A stretch of 63,986 nt of DNA, counting the filler, from Octopus bimaculoides (taxonomy: Eukaryota): assembly GCF_001194135.2 (NCBI RefSeq). It is 8 parts of 7 records of this genome, joined end to end, with 100 filler letters (N's around TTAATTAATTAA, not from the genome) between each part and the next. Parts side by side here need not be neighbours in the genome. Positions count along the whole stretch, not along the records: positions 62,870 to 63,986 come from NW_026318800.1; 7 more parts are not named here. One strand, given 5' to 3'. Both the position numbers and the translations under genes were made by a program. The notes below the pieces were generated by a model, which did not search any database, was not told the DNA's origin, and saw only the letters and a list, made by a program, of their open reading frames with translations. Every line of letters starts with the position of its first letter. The first letter of the stretch is position 1. Shown piece after piece: positions 62,937 to 63,986 of the stretch.

Positions 62937-63986
62937 CGGCTATAGCCTCATGACCCGTATAGTTAATCAAGTGATACACGAAGGAGTCATACCCAATGGC
63001 TGGTGTAGCAGCACCATAGTCAACTGCTACAAAGGTAAAGGTGACACTCTAGACACAAACAATTACAGAGGTATCAAGTTGTTGGACCAGTTAATGAAGG
63101 TCACGGAGAGGGTCATAGCCCAACAAATTAGGGAGAGAGTCAATTTAGATGAGATGCATTTTGGGTTCCTTCCAGGATAAAGCACCACTGATGGCTATAT
63201 TTCTAGTAAGAGAGCTGCAGGAGAAATACCTAGCCAAAGATAAACCTCTGTACCTAGCTTTCGTTGACATGGAGAAAGCCTTTGACAGGGTCCTCCGCTC
63301 CCTTATCTGGTAGTCAATGAGGAAACTAGGGATAGATGAGTGGTTGGTGAGAGCTGTGCAAGCCATGTACAGGCACGCTATCAGTAAAGTGAGGGTTGGC
63401 AACGAGTACAGTGAAGAATTCCGGGTAGAAGTAGGGTCCGCCAAGGTTCAGTCCTCAGCCCTCTGCTATTTATCATAGTCCTCCAGGCAATAACAGGAAT
63501 TCAAGACAGGATGCCCCTGGGAGCTCCTCTATGCTGATAACCTTGCCCTAATTGCTGAGTCACTGTCAGAACTAGAGGAGAAGTTTCAGGTGTGGAAGGA
63601 AGGACTAGAATCGAAGGGCCTTAGAGTCAACCTCGCTAAAACCAAAGTCCTATTAAGTAGGAAGGTAGACAAAACACAAACCCCTTCAGGTAGATGGCCC
63701 TGCTTGATCTGTAGAAAAGGTGTAGGTAGAAACTCCATAAGATGTACCCTATGTAAGCTATGGACACATAAGAAGTGCAGCTATATCAAAGGAAGGCTAA
63801 CTAGCACGATAGTTTTTGTATGTGGCAGATGCTCAGGAGCAATAAACACTGAGAATGTGCAGAAAACAACCTTTTCCACACTCCAGGGTGAGAAACTAGA
63901 AGTAGTTGATAGCTTCGCTACCTAGGTAACCAAGTTAGTAGCGGGGGAGGGTGCACTGAAAGTGTAGCCGCTAGAATAAGAATAGC
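62937..63986 (+). mobile_element. RTE-clade LINE ORF2 (RT) with in-frame PHD finger, frameshifted, runs off the window
   Basis: NYRGIKLL, FGFLPG, AFVDMEKAFDRV, ELLYADNLALIAE, GLRVNLAKTKV, then CLIC..CTLC..HKKC..CGRC, then KLEVVDSF. Confidence 0.95.

Overview
AT-rich, repeat-dominated animal genomic DNA. The SINE, microsatellite and LINE spectrum suggests an Octopus-type cephalopod draft assembly (inference). The window has 11 plain N-gaps and seven artificial 100-bp linkers (N44-TTAATTAATTAA-N44). No host protein-coding gene can be called with confidence, and nearly all long ORFs in the track are translated microsatellites or N-runs. Supported content: about 25 tRNA-type SINE copies or fragments of three families; RTE-clade LINE fragments, one with a PHD finger inside its RT; three R4/Dong-like 3' ends sitting in (TAA)n; a decayed Penelope-like element (PLE); three mariner relics; and piggyBac- and hAT-type MITEs. 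The most striking signal is at least nine hammerhead-ribozyme (HHR)-like motifs from about five unrelated short elements. Several lie inside fold-back or back-to-back inverted duplications, consistent with non-autonomous PLE/retrozyme-like elements. A CpG-depleted block at about 28.7-37 kb with a candidate 24-nt minus-strand microexon may be the methylated body of a long gene. All coordinates and pairings were read by eye; element boundaries are approximate.
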